DNA of 64,000 nt from the human T2T-CHM13v2.0 reference genome, Homo sapiens. Position numbers and translations under genes: made by a program. Below, in pieces: positions 51,886 through 64,000 of the stretch. The notes under the pieces are model-generated. The model searched no databases. It saw nothing but the letters and a program-made list of their open reading frames with translations, and was not told the DNA's origin. The stretch lies in the NCBI RefSeq assembly GCF_009914755.1, contig NC_060926.1, one strand, 5' to 3'. Positions within the stretch are counted from its first letter, which is position 1. Each line of letters starts with the position of its first letter.

Positions 51886-54800
51886 GACACAGTTTATTAA
51901 AGCAATCTCAATTCAGTGATATATGATCTTGAAAGTGATTTATTTTTTCCCAATCCCTGATTTCAACCATGCACCATCAAAACCCTTCCCTGTCACTTAG
52001 TGAGCAGAACCCATTGCTCTCTGGTCACTCTCAGTGATGGCAAGTCTGGCACAGCCCACAGGCCCACATCTGATTTAATCCCCCCACCCCACCAGATGGG
52101 CTGGTGGCTGCTGGAGCTCAGAGGAGAGGGTGTGGGGTCTCTGTCTCACTCATCCTCCCACTCTGTCTTCTGGGAGCAGAAGTTAAGGAGGTGGCAGGTG
52201 TCCTCCTCCATGATTGATCACCTGTGGTGCTGGGGAGGCATCCCTGGTTTTGCCTGCCTCCCTCTGGTTTCACTGGCCAGTGGTTGTGGCTGCTATGTGT
52301 CGATGGGTAGGTGGTGCTATGTCCAGAGTCCCCACAGATCCCCCCATTGCTAAAGACAGCTCCCTTTGTCCCATCAGCGGTCTACACCCCAACTCCCCTC
52401 AGAGGACATCACTGAGCCACTGCGGCGGCCACCTCGGCAACCCCATGGCCCCTGCATCCTTCCCTGGGAGCCATGCAAGCCATTGACACCCCCTTTTTTA
52501 ACCAGTCCTCAGAAGACCTAATGGGAACAGCCCTCTGCTCTCATCCTCCTCCTCCAGAGCATTCACCAGGTCCTTCCCAGAACCGCTCTGAATTTAGAGA
52601 TCTCCAGGGGAGAAGCAGGAACTGCCCTATGGTCAGATAGGCCCTGAAACTCCAAGGTCGTGGGTTAAGTTCGCCCAATATCTCTCTTGCTGCCCTCTGC
52701 AATCTTGAGCACTGAGGACCAAGATGTCAGCACCAGCCCCCCACAAGCAACCCTCTGGAGAACCTCCGTGCTCGGCTTTCAAGAGGGAGTGGGCAGCAGA
52801 AGAGAAGCCTCTTGCCACTAACCAGGCACTCCTGTCAACTTGAACAAGAGCCCCTCTCCCCTACTCATCTCTTTAATGGAAAGGGAAGCTGGCGGCGAGG
52901 ACGGGTGGGGTGGCTGATTGTCAGGGTCAGGGTTTGGTCTTCCTTAAGGGACAGGCCCAATCCCCATTGTTGGCAAACTCCATCTTTAGAATGTGGAGTC
53001 AACAACCTCAGCTGTGGATCCTGTTCCCTGTGACCCTGTCTTTGTCTGCTCCCCTGCCTATACTGAAGGAAGTGCATGTGTAATGGCAAAGGATAGAAGG
53101 ATTGTAACTGGGAGCCCAGCCTGGCTCGTGACTGTAGTAGCGATGGGCAGGAGAGAGCAGAGACGAAAAGCAGAAGGGTTGGACTTAACCCTGGAAATGA
53201 TGGGGAGTCATTCAAGAGATGAGGCAAAGGAAGGATGCCTCTGAAGAGATGCCTCGAAGAGTTCCCCAGAGGTTGATGGAAGCAGGGAGACCACGCCAGA
53301 AATGATGCTGGTCTAACCAGTGCAAGGGCAGGGAAGTCTGAGGGGGAAATGGGAGCCAAGATCCCAACACAGAGCCACACCCCCTGCCGTGGACCCTCGG
53401 GGCCAGTCTCATTGCCTTCTAACTCCACACTTCTGCCCCTGCAGCTCCTTCATCTATAACATATTCCCTTCTTTTCTGCATTTGTTTAAAGCTTCCCTAT
53501 TTTGCAAGGCTGACTTCAGGAGCAATCCTTTCTGACTCCTGTTTCCACCCTGCCTGCCTATTCTCTGAACCTGGACCCTTAAACTATAAAATCTAGACCC
53601 CAAAGATGCCCTAGTTGCACCACCCAACCTAGGATTCTTGACTATTCTGTGTGTGCACTTAGATGTGTAGATGTGTATGTATATATAAATGCACGTTTAC
53701 TGGGTGACACTCTCCTGAGCTCTGCATGGGCAAGGGTCCTCTCACTGTCCCCTTAGTACCCGGCTTGTGACACCCTGAAGGCACTCTGTCAATACTTGTC
53801 AATATGTAGGATCTGTCTTGACCCTGGGAATTTCAGGACTTTTGGCAGGGACAGCTCCTGTGGACACAGTTGGAGACAGCGATAAGCTGTAGGTCACACA
53901 GCGCCTCAGAACCCCAGCCAAGATGGGGGTAAATGCAGCCTCTGACCCGCCAGCAGAGGAGGCAGTTTTCCCATTTCTCTTGCTTGCCTTTAACTGCACA
54001 GACCAAAGGGAAAGCTTTAGAAAATTCAGTTCAGTGATACATTTTCTCGCTTTCATTGCTCTCCCTTTTTTGTTTTAAGAACAGGTAGGCTAGCTCTTCC
54101 CTTTCTTTAGTTTACAAAGACTTTATTCCAAAATGAATTATAAATAATTAAAACCACTCCATTTGTTCTATATTGTTGTTAATTGAAAAAATTAAAGATG
54201 CATGTGCTGTAACCTCCAGGGTGGCCGTGAGAGAAGCCAGTGGGTGGCTTTGGGGCGGGAAAGACGTGTGCCAGCACCTCCCAGGCTCCTGCCAGCTCTG
54301 CCTCTGAGCAGAGCACCTGGCTGACTGACCGCTGGAAGCACTTTCCTTGCCTGTCTTCACGTCCCACTTCAGCACACTGAAATACAACATCATTTATTTC
54401 CTAAATGCACATTTCCCTCTTACTCAAATAGAAGGCAAGAGGTGAAAGAGGTGTATTCATCACCTAAGAAATGGGGAAAGCTGTTCTCGTTCTTTTCCAG
54501 TGACCTCTCAGAGTGATCCAGGATCCTACATGCCAGAGTGACCTGCTGGGAATGGGATGTGACATAGTCTAAGTGCCCCCTATAAATTTTGAAGTCTGAT
54601 GGCCAGACTAATCACCCTGCCCAGCCCTTATTCTCCGCTGCTGACGGATACAGGCCTGGAGCTGAACAAAGTGAGGTCAACGTCTCTTTCTTCTAATCTG
54701 CGCCCAGTGTGTGCTCGCCCAACTCGATGGGGTGGCATCCCCATCCTTGTTCTCTAACGTGCTCTCCATCACTGTCTCCTTAGCTCTCCAGGCTGCCCAC

Positions 54801-54904
54801 TGCCTGCTCAGCATACAATTGGTGCTCAACAAGTGTTTGTTGAAGGAATGAGCTATGTCCACAGGCAGGGTTAACACCGTGAAGTCAGAAGCAGATGTCA
54901 GCCC

Positions 54905-55300
54905 TGTATTAGGCAGGGTACCGTAACTATTGTAACAAACAACCCCAAATCCCGGTGGCTTAACACAACAAACATTTAGTTCTCAGCTATCCTTGTGCAA
55001 TGATCCATTGTCTCCTGAGTGGCCCCCCTCAAACAGCATCTCAGACCCCCAGCATCCTTCCTTCCTGCCACCTACCTTGGAAGGTGAAGTCCTTGGGGTC
55101 GTCTCCATTCGGATGGCTGGTGAGTGAGGAGAGGGAAGGGAGGACCTGCACGCTCTGCCGTCACCCCCACCCTCCCCTCCTGGTGAGAATCCTCTCTCCA
55201 AGACCCCAGGGACACTTTCCTCCAGCCCTTCCCCGATCTGTCTAGCATGGGTCCGTGCAATGCCTAGTCTTCCAGAGTCCCCAAAAACAATCTCCCCTTG
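54905..55300 (-). mobile_element. Old MLT1 (I/J-like) LTR
   Basis: tgtattaggcagggta..tgtaacaaacaaccccaaatcccggtggcttaacacaacaaacatttagttctc. Confidence 0.75.
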
Positions 55301-55834
55301 TTTCAAGCCTGGTCTTGGGGGGCTTCTCCAGCATGCTCCATCTCAACAAGCTTCTCTTGACACGAGGTGAGCTGTCAGGGCTGAGGAGACACCCCAGGCT
55401 CTGAGGAGAGAACACGGCTGGGCTCAGGATCCCGCCTAGCTCAGATTCCTGCCCTCTTGCCCTGTGTCCATTTACTTTGTGAGCAGAAAGACCTTTCCCC
55501 AGGTACCCCACCACAGGGGCCATGCTCAAGTATCCGTGCAAAAGGGAGCGTTCCCTTCCCCACCAGGCACATCACAGGTGGGGCCGGTGAACATGCTGGT
55601 TCCCCGGGATGATTGCCCCATTTGAGTTTTGTTTCTCTGTTCACTTGAGGCGGTCCTGTGAGGCAAGGAGTCGAGAAATCGCATCCAGGCACCCCGGGAG
55701 AGCCCCATTCTAATTAGTTGCTCTTCTCCTCGGTCTGTCAGCAGGGCTTGCTCAAGGTTGTGCCTTGCTGTGAGTTCTGCTTGACGCATTTCGCTCTGCC
55801 ACCTTTAATGTCCTCCTGATCCAATTTCCTTTGC

Positions 55835-55857
55835 AATAAATAAATAAATAAATAAAA
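55835..55857. repeat. (AATA)n microsatellite
   Basis: aataaataaataaataaataaaa. Confidence 0.9.
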
Positions 55858-56929
55858 TGTTTGCGTTGAATACAAACCCACTCACTGCAGGAGGCCTGGG
55901 TGGCACCTCAACTATGAAAGATCTGTTTTCTTCGTTAAAGCCGTCGGTCCTTATTCCTCACACTTTCTTCTTTCCCACAGCCTGGCTCGATCCCATGGAA
56001 ATAAAACCCCAGCCTCCTCTCAGGGTGGTCACTCCCAGGAGTTCAGCCGCACATAAGCCTCAGAGGTGGAAGATTGCGCAGGCATCGTGAATGTTAGAAC
56101 CAGCCCAGGACCTGAGGAAGGCAGGCAGCCAGAGACCTCAGGGGCAGGAACGGTGCTCCTGGCAACCTCTCCCTGGAGTCCGGTTTTCTGGGTGTCTCAG
56201 CAGCCCCAGAAGAAACCTTTGAGAGACCCCACAGTGAGCACAGTGCTGTGTAACAGGAGCCGGGAAGCAGGTCCCAGCGACCACTGGCTTTCATCAGGCC
56301 ATGTGCCATTGGCTCCCTGCCCTTGCTTTTGATGAAAGTCTAGGTGGCCTCATGATGTGCTGTGAGTAATGTCCCACACCAACATCGCCTCCTGGACCTC
56401 CCATACTGATCCCAGAAGGGCCCAGCTGCATCTCCAAGTCCTCTCCTTGCCTCTCAGATGGGCAGCACCAACACCTGTGGCTGGGCTGACTTGCAGATGG
56501 ATCCCCAGCTTTCCAGGAGAGCTCTGGGCATGTCTCCCACCTCTCAGGGGACTGAGTCCTGCTTTTGTGCCTTTCAAAGGCCATGAGGGAGAGAAGAGGC
56601 AGCTTGCGGAATAATTACTGTCCCGTTCACTACAGGCCCACCAGGCTTGGCAAATCAATGCTGAATCTGAACTATTTGCAAAGTTGCTTTAATTCAGCTA
56701 CTTATGTGGCAAGTGTTTTCTCATAGGTTTGAATCAATCACCCACTGATGAGTATGTATGGTGCACCCGGCCCTCCTAAGGATAATGAGGTAGAGATAGA
56801 GATGAAGTTGTTGCCTTTCCCTTCAAGAGCCTAGTCTTACTGAGTGGACCAGACACACCTGAAACACAAGATGAACTAAGAGCAATTTAAGGCCAAATGA
56901 GAAGTTTAAAGGAGACAGAAAGTAAAATT

Positions 56930-57160
56930 ATAACAAGAGCTACTATTCCCAAACGCACGCCCACTCTGTGCTTCAAAAATCGTTGATCGTCACAATGACT
57001 TTCTGAAATAAGTATTATTATCAGCCCCATTTCGCAACAAGAAAACTCATGCTTAGAGAGGTTAAGTGATTTTCCTGAGGTCACACAGCCATTAAATGAG
57101 AGTTGAAATTTAAACTCCACTCGATTGATTCTGAAGCCTGTGTTCCCACCCACTGTGCAA
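56930..57160 (-). mobile_element. MIR
   Basis: tattattatcagccccatttcgcaacaagaaaactcatgcttagagaggttaagtgattttcctgaggtcacacagcc. Confidence 0.88.
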
Positions 57161-57194
57161 TCCCAGAGGGTGCATACCAGGGGAGAGGAGACTC

Positions 57195-57350
57195 ACAGGC
57201 AGATTTTAGCACGACATAAAGAAGACATTTCTAATGGCTCAGGTTTCCCAACAATGGAATAGTCTGTGTGTTGAGTAAATGAGAGGTTAAGAGGCTGGAA
57301 GGTCTCTGGCAACTGAAAGAAGATCCCAAACCTGAAAGGAGGTTTAACGA
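57195..57350 (+). mobile_element. L3/CR1 3' fragment
   Basis: aggcagattttagcacgacataaagaagacatttctaatggctcaggtttcccaacaatggaatag. Confidence 0.55.
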
Positions 57351-58472
57351 ATCCATTCCAGAGGAAAGGTGCTATAATTATTAGGGAAGTGGGATTCGAA
57401 AGGACATACTTTGATTAATTAGAAAGGTCAGGAAGGTGGCAAATGTGTTGGCAAAGATGCAGAGGTAGGGATCACAGGTGTGTCTGGGGGTAGTAAGTAA
57501 AGCTGATTGGCTGAGGTGAGGACTTTCGGTTGCCCAAATCTCCCCTTGCAATGGGCAAGGCCTAGTGAGGTGCAGGGGTTGGGTTAAGAAAACTGATTAC
57601 TTGAAGAAGCTGGGAAGATTTAAAGGGGAGAGAGAGGTGGGGAGAAAAGAGGGCCAGATCTCGAAAGAGCCACAGTTCAAAAGTAAAGAACTCAATTTCT
57701 ACCTTCAAGACCAAGAGGCCACCAACTGCATCCAGAAACAAGAGGTCAAGTCAGCATAGGATCAGAAACTAGGAAGCAAGAACCAGGCGGGGGGTCATCG
57801 GAAGTGCTTCTGGCTGCAATGTCAGTGTCAAGGGTGTCCTTTCTGCAGCCGCGTGGTTTAAAGGTGCTCAGGGGGTGAGGGCAAACAGTGTTGAGAATAA
57901 TGGGCTCACTTCTACGCAGTGGGGCTGGCCTCACAGCTACAGGGGACAGACTGACCCCAGATGTGCCCCCCACCCACAGCACAGCAAACCCCTGAAGGAT
58001 GAATAGAGACTCCCACCCTGGGACCAGGATGCCCGGCACAGTCTGGGGCTCGGTGACATGGCTCCTGTCCCAGAACATCCATCCGGGCAGAGACAACAAA
58101 ATTGCAGGCTCGAATCTGCTCTTTGCCATTTTCTAGAAAATGGCTTCACTTATAAAAAGAAGGAAGGGAAGGAATATGGGCCAATTCTGAGGGCTAATTG
58201 TCTTTGCTCTCAACAAGAGCCCATGCTTTTTCCGGCAAACATTCCCTCCTGTCACTGTGCTGCCAGACCCACTCTTCGTTTCTAATCAGCCCTGAAAATA
58301 GCCCTTGATAGAGATAATAGGAAGAACAAAGAGAAATTTAGAGGAAGGAAAGAAAAGTCATGCCTAACTGGCAGCACAGACGTTGTTTTCAGAAAGAACC
58401 CTTCAGTTAGTTCCTGATTTGTCTTCAAACAGCAAGGTGTTAAATAAATCCCAGGGAGTGGACTTGGACCGA

Positions 58473-58645
58473 GACCAAGGATTCTGTGGCTTTTTTAGGT
58501 CATAGACTCCTTTGAGAAGCTAGAAAAGTCACAGACCTTCTCTCATACTGGGAAAATGCACATAAACAAGTATTCTGAATATTAATTCAGTGTTTCACGA
58601 ACTCCTCAACAAGCGCAACCACAGATTCTGGTTAAAAATCCATGA
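58473..58645. mobile_element. hAT-Charlie MITE
   Basis: ggtcatagactcctttgagaagct..gaaaatgcacata..ttcagtgtttcacgaactcct..ggttaaaaatccatg. Confidence 0.65.
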
Positions 58646-58671
58646 AGCAATCTCTCTTTTAAAGGCTTTCC

Positions 58672-58685
58672 CTCTTCTCTCTCTC

Positions 58686-58736
<51 letters not shown>
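58672..58736. repeat. (CT)n-(TG)22 compound microsatellite
   Basis: Uninterrupted TG run at 58692-58736. Confidence 0.98.
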
Positions 58737-58739
<3 letters not shown>

Positions 58740-59059
58740 TACAAGGGAAAGGCTGAGCTATACTTCTTCAGGCATGATCTGATAGGCACAGAAGCCTTGG
58801 AAGTCTTTCTGAAAATAGGCGAGTGTGGAAGTCCAAAGAGGAGACTAGAATTCCATTTCACATGAGCCAAACTCAGCAAAGACAGACACTGAGGGATCAA
58901 TACCTGGCCCCAGTACTATGAGAAGAGCCTGAAGGCCTGAGTCTGTCACCTACAGGCCTCAACAAGAACAAGAGTACCCCCTAAAAGGGTAGTAATGGCC
59001 ATGAGCTACGGAGTGGTTGTGGGAGCCCTGAACCTCATGCCTGGGAAAAGGGCCTATGC

Positions 59060-59205
59060 CAGGGTTTGGAAAATTCCATGTGTATCCAAATCACCTGAGA
59101 TCTTGTGAAAATGCAGATTCCGATTCAGTAGGCCTGGGTTGGGGGCTAAGATCCTGCATTTCTAACCAGCTCCCTGGTGATGCTGATACTGCTTTGGGTA
59201 GCAAG
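59060..59205 (+). mobile_element. MER5-type hAT-Charlie MITE
   Basis: aatcacctgagatcttgtgaaaatgcagattccgattcagtaggcctgggttggggg..ctgcatttctaaccagctccctggtgatgctgat. Confidence 0.85.
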
Positions 59206-60559
59206 AGTCTCTGCAATTATCTGCTCCTGGCTGAAGCCCCAGCAGAGACCTTGAACCTCTGCCCTAGCGGGACTCTGGACAATGGAGCACTGTCAGGATG
59301 CCCTAGGGTATCAATGTTTCCTGAATTGAGTGTGATGCCACTAAAGTCTCTAAGACAAGCATGCCCACCTAACCAGGGGCTGGGACTGGGACTTTCTCTG
59401 GTATCAGGCAGGGGTGGCAACTGATGAGATGGTGCCTCTTTCATCTCTGAATCCCCACAGCCCAAACAGCCTAGGGCCATGTACACAGTAAGCATCCTTC
59501 AAGTGAGGGAGTGACTGAACCAGAGCCATCAGTTCTCCGGGGAAGCAGAGGGAAGACAGTGGCATGCACCAAGAGCCTGGGGGAAGATCAGTGCCAATCA
59601 GGCCATGATCTGTGACCGTCAGACAAACCCAGGGCAAAGGCAGGAGATCTGGCCTCTGAACGAGTTAGCCTGGCCTGCCTGCTCTCTCACACAAGCTCAC
59701 TCCTGGAGATGAGGAGGAAAAATGAAAATTGGATTTTCCCCATGGCCAGCAAAGTGGCCCCTCTTCCACCTTTTTTGTCCAAAAACACTGTTAAGAACAA
59801 ACTGAAGGTTTGGTTTCCTTGAGACCCTGAGCTGCAGATGCTCGGAGTATCAGCAAATCTCTAGCCAACGTAGCCCAGCCCCAAACTCCTGGCCTGTTCC
59901 TCTGCACCTAGGGGCCTCAGATCTATGGTCATGGCCCCTAAGCAAATCAGACAGGTCCCTTACAAAAGCAAAAGCCACCCCACCCCAACCTCTCCATCCC
60001 CTGCTGATCCCAGATCACAAATGCCTATCTGAAAGGGGCATAAGAGATATTGTGGATGCCAGGCCATGACTCAGACAGAGGGAGAGATATCGACTTTTTC
60101 AGATACATACACACACACTGGCAGGTGTACATCCCTAAGTAGGAGCTCAGATTAATTCCACAAATAATTAAACACCTACTGCGTGCCGCTCTGTGTTTTG
60201 GAGCTGAAGCAGCTTGCCTGAGCTGGTCTTCTCACACATCAACTGAAAGAAGCTGGTGTTCTGCTGTCCCACTTTCTGCATTGGAAACACACTGCAGGGA
60301 TTTGGGGATGGTGTGGCTAAATTTAAAAGCAAATGCTTTCATCAGCCTTTCAAAAAATGTGTAAGAATCATTTGGAAATCTTCCGTTTTCCACCCTGAAT
60401 CAGCCTCTCTCCCCCGTTGAAACCCTTCTCACCATCTTCTCTTGCTCCCAACTTTGAGGCTATGAAAAAAATCTGCATCAAGCCCACGGTTCACAGAATC
60501 AGACCTCTTCCCCCCAACCTCCATATGCATGCTGGAGTGACGAATTCCCCTCTGAGTCC

Positions 60560-60692
60560 TCTAGAAGCCTCAGTTTCCTCTGATGTGAGCAGTAGCTACT
60601 TCTTAGGATTGGTGTGAGAACCACATGAGATCATTCAGTTAAAGCCCTCAGCATGGGACTGGCATCTAGTAAGGCCTCCATTAAGGGCAGCT
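60560..60692 (+). mobile_element. MIR fragment
   Basis: gcctcagtttcctc..cttcttaggattggtgtgagaaccacatgagatcattcagttaaagccctcagcatgggactggcatctagtaagg. Confidence 0.8.
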
Positions 60693-61930
60693 ATATCATC
60701 AAAAGGATGAAAGATAACAAGTGCTGGCGAGGATGTGGAGAAAAGAGAGCCCTTGCACACTGTTGGTGGGAATGTAAATTAGTATAGCCATTTTGGAAAA
60801 CAGTATAGAGGCTCCTCAAATGATCTAAAAACAGAATGACCATATGATCCAGCAATCCCACTTCTAGGTATGTATCCAAAAGCATTGAAATCAGTGTGTT
60901 GAATAGATATCTGCCCTCCCACATTTATTCCAGCACTCTTCACAGTAGCCAAGGTATGGAAACAACCTAAGTGCCCATCAATGGGTGAATGGATTTTTTT
61001 TTAATGTGATACATACATACACAATAGAATACTATTCGGCCTTTAAAAAGAAAGAAATGCTGTCATTTGCAACAACATGGACAAATCTGTGGAACATCAT
61101 GTTAAGTGAAATAAGCCAGGCACAAAAAGACAAACACCACATGATCTCATGCATATGTTGCTATGGTTTCAATGTGACCCCCTCCAAAATTCAGATGTTG
61201 CCAACGTAATAGTATTAAGAGGTGAGGCCTTTCAGAGGCAATTGGGCCGTGAGGGCTCTTCCCTTGTGAAAGGGATTATATGGCCCTTATAAAATGGGCC
61301 TCATTCAGGGTTCCACCAGCTTGCCCTTCTGCCTTCCACCATGTGAGGAGGACACAGGGTTCCTCCCCTCTGGAGCAAGAAGGTGTCATCTTGGAAGCAG
61401 ACAGCAGCCCTTGCCAGACAACAAAACTGATAGTACCTTGATCTCGGACTTCCCAGCCTCTAGAACGATGAGAAATAAATTTCTGTTCTTTATCAAATCC
61501 CATCTCAGGTATTTTGTTACAGCAGCACTGAATAGACTAAGACATATGTGAAATCTAGACAAAAGTCAAACTCATAGAAGTAGAGAGCAGAAGGGTGGTT
61601 ACAGCGGCTGGTGTGGAGAGGGAGAGTGGATGGGGAAAGAGGAAACATGTCAGTTAGACAGGAGGAATCAGTTCTGGTGACCTATTGCACAGTGTGGTGA
61701 CTACAGTCAATGATAACATATTACATATTTCAAAATTGCTAAAAGAGGGGATCTTAAATGCTCTTACAACAAAGAATAATAAGTATGTGAGATGATGGAT
61801 GTTAACTGGCCTGATTTGGTCACTCCACAAAGAATACATATACCATAGTATCATATTGTACCCCATAAATATATATAATTCTGATTTGTCAATTCAAAAT
61901 AAATAAATAAATACCAAAACAAAATAAATA
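60693..61930 (+). mobile_element. L1MA-type 3' fragment (ORF2 C-terminus and 3' UTR), split by an MST LTR
   Basis: aagataacaagtgctggcgaggatgtggagaaaagagagcccttgcacactgttggtgggaatgtaaattagta..catatgatccagcaatcccacttctagg..atattgtaccccataaatatata, then AATAAA/A-rich tail. Confidence 0.93.
61159..61544 (+). mobile_element. MST (MSTB/C-like) solo LTR
   Basis: tgctatggtttcaatgtg..gactaagaca; TSD tatgt at 61154-61158 and 61545-61549. Confidence 0.93.
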
Positions 61931-62212
61931 GTAGCTAGTATGGCCATGGTCCTGATGAAGAGAGCAGAATGTAGACTCAGGTACACAGTTTCCTGTGTCT
62001 GGGTCCTCTCTGCTTCTACCCTTGCCGGGCACAGGAGATGGTTACTGTCAATCTGGAACTGGAAACCACTGGATTCCAGGTGTTTTGTGCTAAAGCAAGA
62101 GCCATCCTTACTCCTGCACTCTACCATCGTCCTAAAAATGACCCACTGAGTGAGGATATTTCAATGGACCACTCCAGGCAGGAAGCCTTGGGACACAGCC
62201 TGAGGGAAGTGA

Positions 62213-62602
<390 letters not shown>

Positions 62603-62840
62603 GGGGCCTGGTGGAATTTTAAGACTCCATTGGTGCTGCCATTGGAGCCTCATCTTTTGTACTGACTATTTTTAGCAAAAATAACGTATACTCTGTTGTG
62701 TTGTCAAACTGACAGATGAGCATTGAGCATGCTCCTGGCATCCACAGACCACTCATTCCATTCGGAAAATGCTAGAAAATATTAAATGAGCTTCTCTCAA
62801 CCCTGGTGCAGAAAGCTGCTGCATACCATGGGCCACAGCC

Positions 62841-62950
62841 TCTGAATTTCATGGCAAGTGGCTCCGCCCTCTGAGCTCTGCCACCAGGCCCTGGCCTCTG
62901 AACTCTACGGCAGGGACTGCAACTCTGAACTCCATGGCAGGTGCCATCTC
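62841..62950. repeat. Degenerate ~27-bp tandem repeat, 4 copies
   Basis: tctgaa/tctgag anchors at 62841, 62870, 62897, 62924; consensus roughly TCTGAACTCCATGGCAGG+9. Confidence 0.7.
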
Positions 62951-63466
62951 AGTCAAAGATTCAACCAGGAGAAGCTGAGTCCAGGGAGTCCGGTTAGGCA
63001 AAGCATTTGCAAAAACGTATATTAAGGAGAGAGGGGCTCCATAGTCATCATGGGCCTGGAAAACCACCTTTGAGCTCCCATCATCCAGCCTCATAGCTAT
63101 GGCAACCCCCTTGGCCTTACCCGAAAGGAGGCTCTGCTTGGGGCCAACCTGGGGTGGGGCAAGAAGTTCAGTGTGTCCATCAAATAGGAAGGCCCAGACC
63201 AGCCCATTCATTCCTCAGATCCATGGTCAGTCAGCATGTGGTTTTTGTTTTGTAACTCCTTTATTCACTATGATCCCTCTGGGATCTACCTACATTCAAG
63301 TGCCCTGCCTACTTTATTCTGCCCAGAAGTTTTCTTCCCCCTTATCACCCAGTTCCCCTAAAAAGAGAGCTCTGAGCTCCACCCAGCATGACCATGATTG
63401 GGTCCATGGCTGGGCATGCTTAGTCAAAGCTACTTACTTTATTTCTTGATTGTGATTACAGGAATA

Positions 63467-63545
63467 GTTGGAGCATTTCAGATTTTGGATTTTTGGACTA
63501 GGGATGTTTGAACCAGTAAGAATAATGCAAATATTACAAAATATT
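63467..63545. mobile_element. Tigger4/MER46-like fragment
   Basis: ttggagcatttcagattttggatttttggactagggatgtttgaaccagtaagaataatgcaaatattacaaaat. Confidence 0.75.
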
Positions 63546-64000
63546 TTTCAACCAGAAGAGAAGATTAAGAAAGTTGCGATAGCATGGCATATTTAGAAAA
63601 AAAAAAAAAAAAGTAAGGTAGAAATAAGGAATAAGAAACTAGCAAGCGGAAGTGCCTGCTGCCCAGTATAGAATGACATGGATCTCTCCCCATTGCGTTT
63701 GTTCAGCCAAGCCACTGTGCCTCTCCAGTGTGTGCCAGGCTATGTGCTGGAGATGGGCTGTGGAAGGGAAAGTGCAGGTAAGAGTGCATGGGGCAAGCAG
63801 GCAGGCACTGCCTGGCAGAGGCTCCCAGTCTGGACGATGCTAAAGATGGGCACTCATGTTTCTGTAGCCTGAGGCAGGCCAGGAAGAGACCCAGGGAGGA
63901 CTGAGAACAGGCCTCACATGTGGCAAGGGACTCCAGCAAGTCTGGCCTCAGTGCCATCCCTGGAACATTCTTACCTTCCTGAGGTTGGGAGTCAACCTGA

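Noticed and set aside
52865-53428. 187-aa ORF (minus strand)
   Set aside because: No recognisable domain, composition reflects a purine-skewed segment, and no supported exon structure.

Overview
Primate (almost certainly human) non-coding genomic DNA. It is rich in Alu, MIR, L2, L1M, MaLR/ERVL LTR elements and DNA-transposon relics, and is CpG-depleted overall. I find no credible protein-coding gene, RNA gene or CRISPR array. The ORFs in the supplied track are short chance ORFs, Alu-derived, or low-complexity artefacts, apart from decayed retroviral gag/pol peptides at about 35.4-36.7 kb and 38.8 kb. The window reads as an intergenic region or a large intron, and I cannot name the locus. I could not support a new biological system. 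The most unusual structures are a cryptic 26-bp-period array (7.05-7.36 kb), a 112-bp non-tandem direct duplication (12.1/12.7 kb), a fold-back/template-switch scar (32.2 kb), an internally deleted ERVL provirus, a MADE1 hairpin of the miR-548 type, a (GGAA)13 run, and several non-repeat CpG-retaining or motif-dense segments that look like enhancers. Repeat subfamily names come from recall of consensus sequences. Boundaries of old repeats are approximate unless a target-site duplication (TSD) is quoted.
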